64,000 nt of DNA, taken from assembly GCA_030141605.1 (NCBI GenBank), contig JAQGDQ010000026.1, positions 248,001-312,000 of the forward strand. Direction: 5' to 3'. Every line of letters starts with the position of its first letter. Position 1 is the stretch's first letter. The DNA comes from Tubiluchus corallicola. Lineage: Eukaryota; Animalia; Priapulida. Below the pieces are notes generated by a model. The model was not told where the DNA came from, did no database searches, and saw only the letters and a list, made by a program, of their open reading frames with translations. The position numbers and the translations under genes are program-made. Below are positions 26,401-41,400 of this stretch, in pieces.

Positions 26401-29400
26401 GCTTCCAGGGTCAATAGTAACTGGGAATTCAACGAAGGAAAGTTTGGCAATGTATCGAGATAAGCACTAAAAAAACTCATGACAATCACATTCCAATAAG
26501 TATCTTCAAACAATTAGACGTTGAAAGCGATTCAATACACAATACAGCACACTTTCTCTTGAAAATCTCAAAACCAGTGCAGCGCAATCGATCTAATCGT
26601 GTGATATATTCTTATTATTTTCCATTTCAGAATAGCGTTGTATAACCAGAAGAAAATTTCATTTGAGGTAAATTCTGAGTGACAGTCATTAAATCGATTT
26701 CGTCCGCCTGGCGCATCGTTGAAAAATGATTAACTCTCCAATGTCGATCTGTCGATTACTGTGACAATCATGTCGACTTGCTTCAGTGGGAAATTACACG
26801 CTTTTGTCATTTCACTGTCCGCTTTTCACATGCGCTTAGCTCAATGGCCAAGGAAACACAATGACAGAACAAGAAGACAACACGTAAAAGCTGAATCCAG
26901 AAAAAATCCATACTTCTGATAAACGTTTTCTGCTTATTGCTGAACCCTTGTCCGCAGAACCGGAAATTCCGGTAGAACTGACGGTTCACCGGGTACTTAT
27001 GACAGAGTCGATGCAGTTTGAATCCAGAACATAATCTACACCCGCAACAGTAACTGTTACGAATTTATCGCGCCTACATGATAGCTACATTGGTCGCACG
27101 GGTTACAGCAACAGAATTTTGCAAACAAACTGCGTCATGTTATTCTATTTTAAAAGCAAACATTTTCGCATAAAACAACTTGTGTTAAGAAACTACTTGA
27201 CATGCAAAAATCAAGCAATACCAACTTATTGACGCGGAACTGTAAGTCAATCAATATTCTTACAGTAATTAGCTTATCTTGTAATTTGCTGAAGTGGATT
27301 AATAAATTACAATTACAAATTGTTTACACAAAATAAGAGGCTCATTATTGGAGCTTGGGAGCCAGTGAAACGGAAAGACAGAAAAGACAAGGACAACAAA
27401 TGTCAACAATACTATTTGCAAACTAGCGAAGACAGTTCAGTCAAAGTGTTGCACGAAATCCAAATTTGATCGACTGAAAATTTTTATTGTACTGGGACTC
27501 GAACCCAAGTCGATTGTCTTTCAGGCAGCTATTACACTACAGAGGCGCACGACCTGTTACTCTGAAATTTACCCTATAAACCACTAGAGTCTGTCAACAG
27601 GGGTCACAGCTCACACTGTGTCAAGACAGTGTGGACACTGAAGACACTCACACAAGTTTTGACATTCTCACGTTTTTCCATTCCAACATACCCATTCTGT
27701 AGCAGCCTTGGTACGCAGTACTGCTAATAGTGCAAGCCAGTCGGCATTGAGTTTTGCTAGGACATTGTTTTCTAGAACAGCCCGGGCCATTAAAAACAGC
27801 CAAAATATCACCGTGTACTTAAAACAACATGGCTCGAATAGCTGCAGACACGTTTCGGGCAAGGTATACGCGGCGAAATGTATGTATAACAAACAATATA
27901 ATAACTTGCAGATGCCAGGTTTTCTAATTTGGAAATCATTTAGAAATTTTGTCTTTGCCTGTTCCATTAGTAACGTGAAAACCAGGATAGTGAAAATTTT
28001 AATTAACGATTCAAGCCTATTCTTTAAGTTTAAAAACATCTGTACGCAAAGTTTCGCATATACAGACCATAGTATTTACAATAAAAACAATCAATAGTCG
28101 ATCATTAAAATGAAAACATCAATCTGTGGAAAACAGTGAATGCTGCTGGGCAATGATTTAATTTGCTAGTTTTATTTTTCAGAGATAGGCAATAAACGAT
28201 AAACTCGTGCAATTAATCTGACTCAGTAATGGCATGAGCTCGTGCAGCATATGTACAGAATAAGTAAACGAATTTTCCACAACCAGCTAATCACCCAACC
28301 AGAAAGATAAGTTAATTAAAGTAACGCATGGCTTCAGATAGGCTTTCTGCAGAAGCCCGGATGTTATTTCTCACAGCTCTCCAGTAATGAGCCGAGTCTA
28401 TCAGATCATCAGTGTTCTCTTTCATATACAGGAACCTAATCTTCTGATGGCTTATGAATTTCCGTATGAATTTTCTTATTCTTATAACTATTGATGTTAA
28501 TACTTGTTCTGGCTGTGGAGGCAGAAAGGATTTTAAAACTTGGCTGTTTAAAATGACAGCTCTCCTAGTATAATGTTTCAATTTTCCAATTTAATCAATG
28601 TATTCTGCATGATAAACAAATACTTTTACACCACAAGTACATACTAATCAAATTCTTGTTTTTACAACAAAATTAAGATACAATTAATAATTTGTTCTAC
28701 AGACTTAGGAAGCGAGCTTATATTAGCCTAGTGGAATTAGTAGTGAAAAAAATTATTAACAACATGTTACTGATACAGTAAGAAAGTTACAGTGGATGTT
28801 AGTAATATTTCATAATTACGTAAACTGATGGACGGTGCAAAGAAATGATAAATGTTTTAGCACATTCCATAAGCATTTGTTGAGGAAGCAACACTTAATT
28901 GGACTATATGGATGTGTGCACTGCAGATATATACACAGATGAAAACTAATGGCTGTATTACTGCCCTAGAAGGCAAGTTGTTGAATATGAAAAACAAAAT
29001 GGAAAACAGTAACTTTCCAGAGACGAGTTTAGGCCAAAGGGAAAAGCATAATAATCAAGACGAAAGCAATATGGGCATATCATTAACATAACAATTTCCT
29101 TGGCATTATAGGAGAGGTGGAAAGGCGTATCTTACATTTAGCTGGTTTCTTGAAATACTAAGGCAAGTAAAGTTTGTTACTGGAATCGAAACGTAAAAAA
29201 GTTAAAACTGATCCTGTGTAATTTTCGAAAAGAAAGCGATTTCTCTTACAAAAAGCACACAGTAGTTAACACATGAAAAAATCAATACGTGAAAAGTAGC
29301 TGTATTAAAAAACCTATTAATCACAAAAACGTCCAAAAATTCACTAAGTGTTTTGTCACTATGATAGAGTGTGTTGCAATATCAGGATTGTAGTTCATGT

Positions 29401-32400
29401 GTAACAGTCATTACAACAATGAACAATTACATTAAATTAGCTAGGAATTGCGGAGATTACTGCCAACAAGCGATCCAGACACCCTTAATTATAATTATAA
29501 CGACGTTAACATTGTCAATTAGAAATGGCAGCTGTGCTAATCTTACTGCCAATGCACGTTAATAACAGAACTCTTCAATATAAAGAGCCAATTAGGCAAT
29601 GATAATTCGTTCTCATTTTTTTATTTTTTGGCAGATGACACAACTTGAAATTCGGCTTTCTTATGTGTCTTGCTGATTCGAATTGTGAGTTTAACAGAGC
29701 TTTTAGAAAGACGCCGTTTGACTTGGTTCATTTCTTCCCAAACGTGACATCGAAGTGTCACAGGCAAGTTGGAAACTTGCTCGCTGTGAGAGAAAATTAG
29801 TCTTTCGTCACTAATGCTTCAGAAACTCTACACCAACGTTGACTGCAGAAGAGAGAAGCAATCAATAAAAACCACAAAGGGAAGCCTGTCTAAATTACGA
29901 GCAAGTTTGTCATCGTAAATCTTATTATACATCAATTATACAGTTATAACGCAATGATTAAATTTCAGTGGTTAAGTAAATCTTTGTATAAACTGAATAA
30001 ATACGCTTAAAAATACGTGGAAACAATTACTTTGCAACGCAGTAACACGGGAAAAAATATGAATTCAACATTATTGTATATTTATAAAATGTGGTATATG
30101 CTGATCGATGTTCAAGACAACAGAAGGCTTAAGTATTCAGCACAGCATTAAATGAGCGCTTATGCAAACGAACAGAAAGCACTTTTGTCTTTCAGAGCAG
30201 CAGAACAGACTACACGAGATACAAAACAAGCCCCGGGATGAAAAAGCAGGGCGACCATCCCTTTTCAAGCTGTAAGCACACGGAAGCGTGCTATGAATAC
30301 GATATACCGCTCAAAGGCAGGTACATATTAAATACAGCAGGGCCCCCGGTCGGCTTCATGAGTGATGAATAGGAACGTCATAGCTAACGACGAGGAATCT
30401 ATAGAGAATAAATAGCATAATATGAGTACCTAAACACTGCACAATATTGAATAACATCAGTCAATACAAGCTAATAGCAACAACGTTAATGGGTAATTAC
30501 GAGGAATAACCATCCCGCGCTACCACAACGACGCTAGCATATTCATTAATAAACAATGTTCATTAATACCTAAATTATTTACTACATAACCCGCTGTTCT
30601 GTTTCTCCCTGACTAGCGCCTGTTTTGTTTCATTTACGTTAGAAACAAGACGTAAATTTGAACAGCTGCATAAGCAAAAGTGCGTAACATCCCATAATGA
30701 ATCATAGACACGAGTTAACGACTTAACATAGGATTCCGGATGTATGTGATGATGCCACCGTTAGCATCCAGATTCCAGAATGCGTATGCGTTGTTTGTTA
30801 TCCACCTGAAAAATATCTGCGGAATAAAAAATAAATAAGAAATAGCTGCAGAAAAAATAACGCAAGTCTGATAAATCGGTGCATTGAAAGCAGCATAAAC
30901 CGATTTTTTCTATTCCGCACCCCCATAACGCATAGGCATTCCGGATGCTAGGCAAATGCCACTTAGAAGTTAAAGTTGCGACCATAGGCTCCAGTATTTA
31001 GCATCCTAAGGACAACGACATCTACATTTAGGAAGAAACAGTTACTTTAGTCACTAAGTGAACTTATATTTCATAAATCAGTCTGCAAACAAAGTTTACT
31101 TATCTACCTACCTACTTACTTACTTTTGATGTTAAGGATCTGAATTTTCTTACAAACCAAATCAATGTTAATTTCGAGTCTCCAGGGCCAATGCCCAAAT
31201 CTTGAGTATCGCAGAAGGCATATATTACTCTCAAGACAGACCTTTTTCAATCTTTGGCAATAATATAATAAGTGAAATGTGCATCATCAGCTGAATTGTA
31301 AATGTTGTGCAATGAAGAAAAAACAACTGAAAAACATTACACTTAAAACATGACACCTTTTTGCTTATTGTATGTAAGCACTAGCCAGAGCCAAAGTTTC
31401 ATGAGACAACAGTCACAACAAACCAAGAAAAAAGAAAATGTATAAAAAAATTTTTAAAAAATCTAAATATTTGCCAAAATTTTTTTAATTGCAAAATTAC
31501 CTATCAGTAAAATAGGAAATGAAACATTCACCTATGAAAAATTTAATTTTTCAGACGTGTATCGCTATTTATAGTATTATGCAAATTGCATTATGTGAAT
31601 CGAAGAGCCAAGTGAACATTTGCATAAATGCTGTCCAGGTAGCAAGTTGACAATACTTAACTAAAAACACAATTTTGGCAAATTCTAGTAAGCTTGTTAA
31701 TTTCCGGTTTAGAAAGTTACGAAATAGCAATAAAATCAGAATGAATCAATGATTGCCAGAGCATTTCACTATAAGCCGTTTGATTTCATTTGAACAGCAG
31801 GTATAATAAAATGCCACTATGATATTAGCTTTACAAGGAATGCAAATATAATCACGCTATTTCGGGAAGACCATTATTCATTATCGTAGGTTTACACCTA
31901 TTTGGGGTATAATTATACTTGTTGGTTAAAGCAATTACTGACCAGGATGGTAGTTATGTACACAATAATATTTACAATACTAGTGGACATATAAGATTAA
32001 GGTTGATAAAGATTCAGATATGATAGCGTAATTACTAATCAGGGATTGCCATTTAATAACAATGTCTGACTTTCACGCATGTTAAAAAAGTTTGCATGTC
32101 TCAAATTGTCAAATATGTCACCAGATTTCGATTCATCCAAATTTTTGAAATTTTGCTACAAGTTTTAGATTAGAGGTACTTATCCAAGGATAATGAAGAA
32201 ATTTAAAGTAGCGTAAAAATGTCTCCAATGAATCATTAGTTTGTGGCAACTACCATTAGAATCATAAATGCCTACTAAAAGCCTGACAGTTTGCAATATC
32301 TTAAAAAGTATAAAACTTTTATCTTGTATCTCACCCATCATTTTTAGGAAATGTTATGTAGTTTTATTTACTAGTCTATAAACTTAAAAAGTAAATAAAA

Positions 32401-35400
32401 TATTTCTAAACTGCAAAATAAAACGTTGCAAGGCTAACAGTCTCACAAAATCAAATAAAGTATAAATTGTGCAGGCCAATATGCTGATAAGCATGCAGAA
32501 TCGCACACATATAACATTTTATATTTTCTTACCTATAAATACTCTAGCATCGACGTTGGGATATTTTTCTATTAGTTGTCTGACTGGCATTACTGATGAA
32601 TCGCACTCATCATGTATACAAAATAATAACTCATACTGAAAATATAAATTACAACAGTTACTTCTCACAGTTATAAAGTTTATATTTTTGCAACTTTACT
32701 AGTCAACGTCTGCAATTAAATGTTACCAATATGATATGAATCAGCTTACACATTCCCTTTGGTGCAATATCATTTACTGCTAATTGCAATTACTATCGTA
32801 CAACTTTGAATGGAAGAGGTGTACATGACTGCATGTAATGGAAATTTTGAAAAAAGGAAATAGAAAATTTTATCCCTCCTTTGGTTAAATTTGAATTGAC
32901 TACAAAAACCAGATGTTGCAGACATGGCAGATGACTATAGCATTAATGTTGCATTTTTGGCAGCAGTCATAAAGACGTAGTAAAATATATTAGCATTTAA
33001 TTATTGTGAAAACTGCAGTTACATTAATATTGATCTATGAATACATATTTTATCGGCATCCTTCAAAATGCAAATGTCTCCTTGCTCATTCAAAATATTT
33101 TCAAAGTTTGTTATTGGCTTTTCTTAAGTCATTGTAATAAAATAAGTTTAACACTCTCCAAGGTACACATACTCTAGGAGTGATAAAGTACGGAGAAATT
33201 GTTAGTGTATATTTACTTACACTTTTATAAGCAAACACATTAATATTATTGCAAGCGTTTTGTTAATGCACCTGTGTATGAATTCACTTACACGGCAATC
33301 TAACATAAACCCACTATAGTTTCCAAAATTGCACGCATAAATTTTTCTAACTCTTGGCAAATACATGCTATTAAACAAGAAATATTTTCTTTCGTAATTA
33401 CATATATGGTATTGTACTTGTGTTATTTATGTGTAAAAACAAAAAATGTCAGTGCTTCAGAATTCTGTTAAGATTTAAGCAAGATCATAATTCTGTAACT
33501 CTTCACAAAAATGCCATCAGCAAAAAGAAAATGCCAGGACACTGATATTTTACACACTTGTCAAGCTTCATGCAATGGAAATCCATAACTGTTGCTCGTA
33601 AAGCCAATATGTACGTCCTACTACGATGTAAATAAACTTTGCTTATATTAAGGTTACTGGATACTACACTTCTGTTTGAAAAAAGCGGAGACTAATTAAA
33701 CATGCACTGCGAGGGGCGAGCAAGCTAAACACACACAGGACATTAAAGAACTTTATTTTTGCACCAAATCAGGTTTTGAATGTATGTTTTCAAATACTGT
33801 GTAAAACAAGTTTGTAAAGTAGATTAAACATTAATCATTCAATAAATTTACATGAATGTCTCTGGGAAAGCATAGCTGGTAATTTTGTGAACATATTTTA
33901 GCCTTTGCAATGGAAGTAAATGACTGAAATATAAATTTTGCACTACACAGTTTAATTTTTTAAATATCTATGGAGTAACATAGAAAATGAATTAAACAGC
34001 TGATGATGAAAAGGGTTTGAAGATGAAAATTAACTATTTCTGATTTATCTATTTTTACCTGTTCATTTAAAAAAAATTATTGGAACTTTATCTGACATTT
34101 AAAAATAACGGAAACAGATCTTAAGAAAACTGTAAACTTACTTCAGTAAAAGATATCAGCTAATTTATTGATTTCCATAAAAAAGATATTTCCTCTACTT
34201 TGAATAAATATTATTCAATTATCAATCACTAAACTTGTCAGAAATATTTCACAAGTTCTTGCAAAAACAGAAATAAAGTTTGAAAGTTTCAAAATGAGTT
34301 CTGTGCAGTTGTAAATTCATCTAACACAGTAATTGACCAACAGAGTGATGCTGTAAAAAAGCTAAAAGGCAACAAATTTGATCTAGTAATTAAACATTAT
34401 AACTTGTAATTAGGATCAAAATGCTGGCTATAAAGCATGTGTTCTAGGAAACACTGTGTTAATTAATTTTAATAAGGATTAGCCAAGGGTTTCTTTAAAA
34501 TTGTTAAACGATAAGAATGCTGAATTTTTACATGCGATTTAAAATTGAAAATTCGGATTAAATTCTCCAACTCACATGTTGTCTAAATGTGTTTTTACTG
34601 CAAGCAGAGTTCACATTTTACAAAATTTGAGACATAAAGAACTATGTTAAGCTTCAAATTCTCAGCCAATTCAACAGTTGGTTGTCATAAATTATTTCCT
34701 GAATAGACTAAGCAATACTTTTTCTGAGATACTAAAGCATGTTGGTAGCTGGTGCAAACTGAGTAAGTTTTTAGCATAAGCTAAACTTTGCTGATACAAC
34801 CTAACAATTTTGATAGAATCCTTTCAAAGGTGCTTTCAAATTCCCTAATTTTCGGCTTTAAATTTGGAAGCCGTAAACGATCAAATGAATATTGACATCA
34901 GTGTTATTTACTGCGTAAGCAAAACTTATTAAACAGAATCATATTAAATGGAAAAATCTGAGATCTGAGCAAACAATCAATACACACGATGTACACAGAT
35001 TGATAACCCAGAGGAATTAATTACGTCAAACTCTTTGCACGTGAGTTAGACAACTAAACCTAACAGAAGGCAGCTGCTCACTCTTAGAAGTACTAGCTGA
35101 GAATTTTGTAGAATGTTAAAGTACTATGGTTAGACATGCCAACCCTAATTTGTGATGCTTGGATCATCCTAACCAAGATAAGGTTCACGGATTGGGCTAA
35201 AGTTTACAATTCCCAACACATGAAATTAGTTCATGAAGCAGTTTAGGATTAGGGTTAGGGTAAGGGTTATGGGTGGGATTACAGTTAAGGTTAGGGTTGG
35301 GTTAGGGACAGGGTTAGTATTAGGTTATGGTTAGGGTATTTAAACTGTGTGGGGAATTGTAAACTCCTTCCGTGGATTGAACAGTGCCATCACTTCTTAT

Positions 35401-38400
35401 TTTATGTTTCTCAATATCTGTGCGAGGCAACAGTTATACATCGTGCTATAGAATAGAACTTATGTAAGTTAAGCTAGAACATTAGCTTATCAATGTTCGT
35501 TTCCTTTTCATATCAGTCAGCCTTCAAAATAATCATTTAAAAGATTTTACATAGGTACTTTTCGCAGTTGCCTCACAAACAAGTTCTGTGAAACTTGAGG
35601 CACCTTAATTATTTCAGCTATGTGTGGCAGCACAGACCAAATTGAATGTTAAACATATTTTAAAATCATCTAAAATTTGTAACTTGAAGTGTGCAATTAG
35701 TTTCAATTAAGTATTTTTCATAAATGGCTAACATTTCGAAAAGTCACAGAGTTGCAAAGGGCTTGAAATATGGTTGGTCAGGGTAAGTGACTAGCGTGTG
35801 TATAAACTCTGCATGCAAAATTGTTTGGGTAATGTTGTCCATGCAAACAGATTGCCACTTACTATGAACCTAGTACAAAGATTTACGCCAAGGTGTGGTT
35901 AACTGAGCTTATTAAAAGTGACATATACTAAGCCTTATGTTTTAGTGCAAGATGCCTACCAATGGATAATTCATATTAAAAAAAGTTTCCAGGTTGCTAA
36001 ATAAATTGTCGTCAACTCCCACAAGTGGCTTCATTATGGAGACGCCTGGATAACCGGATTCTGGAGTCAAAAGAGGAGCTCTCCTGTGCAATCTCCATCG
36101 TCTGCAAAAAGACATTGTGTTCATTTTTAAAACTGTGGTTAATAAGGAAATTTACTGTACCTAGTACAGATTATATGAAGATAAAAAAATTGAAGATTAT
36201 AATAAGATATCATGATTTACCACGATTTACCGAGATTTACAGTACAAACCAAACTCGTGTCATCTAAATTTATTTTTTTTCTGGTCCATACCGTCACTCC
36301 ATACGTCTTCTAAGACTTTCTAACAGTAAAGTGGCATTTACCTAGCATCGGGAATAAAAATCAATAGGAAATAGCTGCAGAAAAAATAACGCATAACGCT
36401 GGACTGATAATCAGGTGCATTGGAAACAATATAAACCAATTTTTTCTATGCCGCACCCGCATAATGCATACGCATTCCAGATGCTAGGCAAACACAATTT
36501 AAGTGTTAACAGTAAGTGTTTTTGTTAACTTTGCAAATGTACCTACGTGCTTATAGCACCTCAACAAATTAAAGAAAATTCTAGAATCTGCTTCAGTAAT
36601 CTGTGCACTGTGTTTGGAGGTTTGGTATTTGAGGGTGTTTGGTGAAAATGAACATAACAATTTGAGCATTGTAGGTTGTGGGATATTGAGTTTAGCTCAA
36701 CAGGCAATCTTTAAAAGCAGCATATTTCAATTAAACATAATATTTATTTAGGTAACCATGGCAGCTCAGTTAATATCTTGCATAGAAAGGCGGGTGGAGC
36801 TAAAGTTAATTTAGATAAAAGTAAAGCTAGACATTCTCTCAGCATCCCATGTAAAATTAAAGAGAAATGCATAATATATGTAGCCATGTGGCATGGAGTT
36901 TCTGACTTCAAACATAGACAACTATGGACACCCATCACAAATAATAAATAAATAAATAAACAGTACTGGCCAATGTGCCACAAAGTAATTCTGTGTCAGT
37001 TTCTTCCATAAATTCCAACAGCAAGCCCAAATAAGCAGACTAGAGATCTATTGAACAAGCAGAGCAAAGGCATAAGTCTGTGTCAGTTTCTTCCCCAAAT
37101 CCCAACACCAGGTCCAAATAAGGCCACTGAAGATCTATTGAATGAGCAGAACAAAATCATAAGTCTGTGTCAGTTTCTTCCACAGATCCCAACATCAGAC
37201 CCAAGGAAGACTACCGAAGATCTACTGAGCAAGCAGAACAAAATTATAACTCAAGCAGAACAAAATTATAAGTCTGTGTCAGTTTCTTTCATAAATTCCA
37301 ACATGAGGTCCAAATAAGGCTACCAAAGGTCTACTGAGCAAGCAGAACAAATTTATGTCTGTGTGAGTCTTTTCTATAAATTCGAATAAGCCCAAATAAC
37401 CCTACTGAAGATCTATTAACCAAACAGAGCAAGACCGCAAGTTGTTCGAAAACTACATAAGTATACCAAAAGGGTAAGATTTTAAATTAGATGGGGCTAA
37501 GCAATTATTACTTGGAATTCATAGTCCACTACCAGTACTTAGCCCAGGGATTCGGCAGAGACTTCATACTATCAAATGTTACAGTACACTCAGCCACACT
37601 GACCAACATGTTTATTTGCACTTGTTAAAGTACTGATACAGCGTGTTTCCTATCACTGGTTTCGGCTGTGTAGTCATCAAGTCTGGAAGTGGTGGGATGG
37701 TGATGATGAGCAGGCGAATTTATGCAATAATAACAGCTGTTTGTAATCATCAGTCTGGGCAATGACATTTATTGTTTTCTACAGGCGTTGCTAGATGTTA
37801 TCTCTATGGAATCCGTTGGGAAATTTGCGTACTAAGTATTATCATTGATGTGATTAATAAATTCAAGCAATGACAGATTAAACAAAGTTAGCCAAACAAG
37901 TTTTGCAAATACAAATAAGTAGCAACTTTAACTAATGCTGATATTCTGAAACCAAATATTTATGATTAGCTATAGTTGACATATATATTTATGGCTTAAG
38001 TATGACTATGATTAATATAAATTTAATTACGAAGTCTAAATGCGAAACATTACATAAAACGAAATTAATTTGTTCGTCAAAAATGAACTTAAAAGTAAAA
38101 CAAGGTGGCATGACTAAATTAAGATTTCTGAACAACAATTCTTTTTAAAAACGAAATTACGTGATAATATGTCAATTATATGAAATGAAAGAAATCATGG
38201 CTGTCAGACTGAATACGATTGCTCTACAAGCCAATTTCAAAAATTAATGTATCAGATGACTTAAAATCTTTGTGGTGACTTTCATCACTTGGTTGACGAC
38301 CTGCAGAACACCTTTTTGAACGTGAAGCAATATATGTCAAAAAACAAAGTTTAATTGTGCAGTATATAAGTGAATCCAATATAACTAAATTTGGAAGTTA

Positions 38401-41400
38401 GAATGTAACAGGTAAATACTAAATTAAGCAAAAAAAGGTAGAAAAGGTCATGGTGTTTTGGCCGGTTCCTAAACTACTGATGAAAATACAAAGTTGTAAA
38501 GTAGCAGAAACGACTTCCGAACTTCAGACTTCTGAAAGAATGCTTTTTCTTTCATTTGCCAAACACTCTCCAAAAGAGATTAATTTTTTCATTTTTATTG
38601 CAGTAACATCAGTGTTGCAGTTTATTTTGTTTCTACGAAACGCAACACAATGAGCTCTACATTGTTTCAGTTAATTATCTTAAACGTTTAATTGGTAATA
38701 AATTTAACCCAAACAATCATACAAAACTAAACAAGACTGTTAGGAAAATTATATTAATGTATGTCTTTGTTCTTGCAAATTGGCAGTTTTTATTGATGTC
38801 AGTTTGCTTCCTGATTTGGTAGAGGAGGTCAAGCACATCCAGTATAGTCCAGATAAAAACTACTAGAAAGTTTTTTATTTTCTAAACTTGTCAGATAAGA
38901 GAACAGACTAATAAGAACCTCACCACTTCTTGTAAACAAGGCAGTGATCAGACCCTACCAACTTTGCAACTTGTTACAAATAATATTAAGTGTATCAACG
39001 TGAATCTTTCAATGCTAATACTCAAAATACCTATTGGGCATGTGTGCCAACTGAATGACTTGGCCACAGTCGTGGTATAGACATAATGAAAAAGTTTGGC
39101 GATACTGGCGATCCTACCGGCCTTTAAAATGAAACTGGCAAAGTCAAAGTCAACTGTACATGTCATGGTGAACTTTTCCCACTAGTATTAACAACGTACT
39201 TAGCTTAACTGCTTGGCTTCAGGGGTCCTAGAGGCACAAATGAAAAAATGTTTAAGCAGCTAAAATGTAGCTGCCTGGAACAAAAGGCCTAGCTGGATTC
39301 GAGTCTTGGTACAGTTAATTTAGTACTGCTAATTTAGAAGTGTAGACAGTAATTTCCCATTGACAGACCTCGAGTGACTTAAAGTGAATTTTTTAGTGAA
39401 AGATCGGGGTGTAAGACTAGCAAATTTTGTACACCGGATTATCAACCAGTCAACTAGTAAACTATCAAATTTTCAAGCAGCTATGTAAGAGTACCGAGAC
39501 ATTAATGACCCAATATCAAGAAAAGTTCGACTGTAATAGCTGGTAACATCTGATATACACACGCATAATACAGCATGGTGAAACGTCACTCTTTTTCTCA
39601 GGAATAATCCCACTAGGCGCAATTGATTTTCTCGTGTGCATCATTAGATACAGAGTACTAGACTTTGCAAATCAATTTCTCAGCTCCAAGCAACGGGAAG
39701 GCCAAACAAGAGCACCATGAAAACGCAATTTCAAGTAGCTCCTTTGCATTCTACAACATTCATTTAATGGTTATAACCTTTCCAAAATAACAGCGATACA
39801 ATCGTTCGCTAATTTAATTGCATAAAATAATTTTGTTATGCACTATTCTGACATCAAATAATATTAAGTTAGGTCTTATCATATCTTATCAAATTACTGA
39901 TTAATCGCGGCAATATGAAGGAAGATGAAACGAAAAAAGGCAATAGTAAAGAAGACAGATGGCAGTCATGGCACATAACCAAATGGTAACCCGAATTAAA
40001 TAATAAATAATACAAAAACATAACTAAGTAAGAAGCTAACAAACAGCAAAGGTAAATAGGTAAAAAATAAAAAAGACAAAGGTGACAAATTCCATAAAAA
40101 GGTAAAATAAATAAGTTAAAAAGGTAAAGAAACAATGCAAGAAAAGCACAAGGCAAAATCGACAGATAAAGAAGGAATGTCAAAAAATCTCAGGAATAAT
40201 GGAATTAGTCTGTGTTTGGACATCGCTGGTTATTTCAGATAGTTCTGCTGCACTACTATAATTACAATTATGCACACAGGTAATGAAATTGTAATTAAAA
40301 ATAAATAAACTGGAAATTTGAAAGGGGTAGTAAAATATTATACTGTTTTGATGATCAGCAGGATCACTCACTCAAAAGTTAGAACTGCTCATTTAATAGA
40401 AGTATAAAATTATGAAGGCCGCGAGGCATAATTCTTAGAAATGTTGTACAAGTATCAAATACAAATACAACTACATCCTGCACGCTTTAAGTGAACAGTT
40501 AATGTCGGACTAAGATATGGAAACACGCTTTCTTTTAATTAATTTAGATAATTGAATTAATAATATGTTAATAGTAAACAATTAATAGGATTTTATAAGA
40601 CACGAAAAATGAACCCGGAGTCTTACTATTACTATTAACGTTGTAGCTAACATTGATAACAATGCGGCCAAGGTAGCCATAATTGTGTGATGAGTCATTC
40701 TCTTGTCCTCAACTTATCAGTTTACAAATAATCTATGGCAAACTTCCGCTCACTCAACATGTGACAAGCTGACGCGACGTGTATAAAGACAGCGATAAAA
40801 CATCCACAAGAGCTCCAGAAACTGGTAGGTGTTTTTACCTGGCTCTGAGTCAAGTTCACTAACATTTCAAGAATTTCGCTCAAGGCAACTATGAAGTGGC
40901 ATTTCAAGCATTCCGTTCAGCGGTTAGCGTACTATGGTAGGTAGGGGCGGCGAAAGGAAGCAGTTATTCTATTAACAATTTGTACAAATTACGTGTAACT
41001 ACGAGAAATAAAGCGCTAAAAAAGGAAAAATTCACTAACAAATAAGGTTTACACAAATGTTTGATTCTTACCAGTGCCTTTTGTTAAGACAAAGTAACCA
41101 ATCTAAGAAAAGCTACTTACAGTTACTGCTAAATAATATCATTTGTGCTGCCACATAGCCTATATATTATAATAAGCTGCAGACTGTAGTAATCTGGCAA
41201 TTACAAATGATTTCACATGCATGATGCAAACAAAACAAACAAATGCCTAAATATCTAAAGTTTTGATACAATCATTTGCAGCTTGTTTCTTTTCTAATAT
41301 GAACTGGTCTTTAAGTGTTTATATTGATTAAAGAAACGGACCCTAGACATTTCACCATCTAGACATTAACTGACAAATAGTGCTTACCATAAACTAATGT

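Noticed and set aside
36985-37440. CRISPR-like array
   Set aside because: Whole units are homologous with no unique spacers, and the context is a eukaryotic intron.
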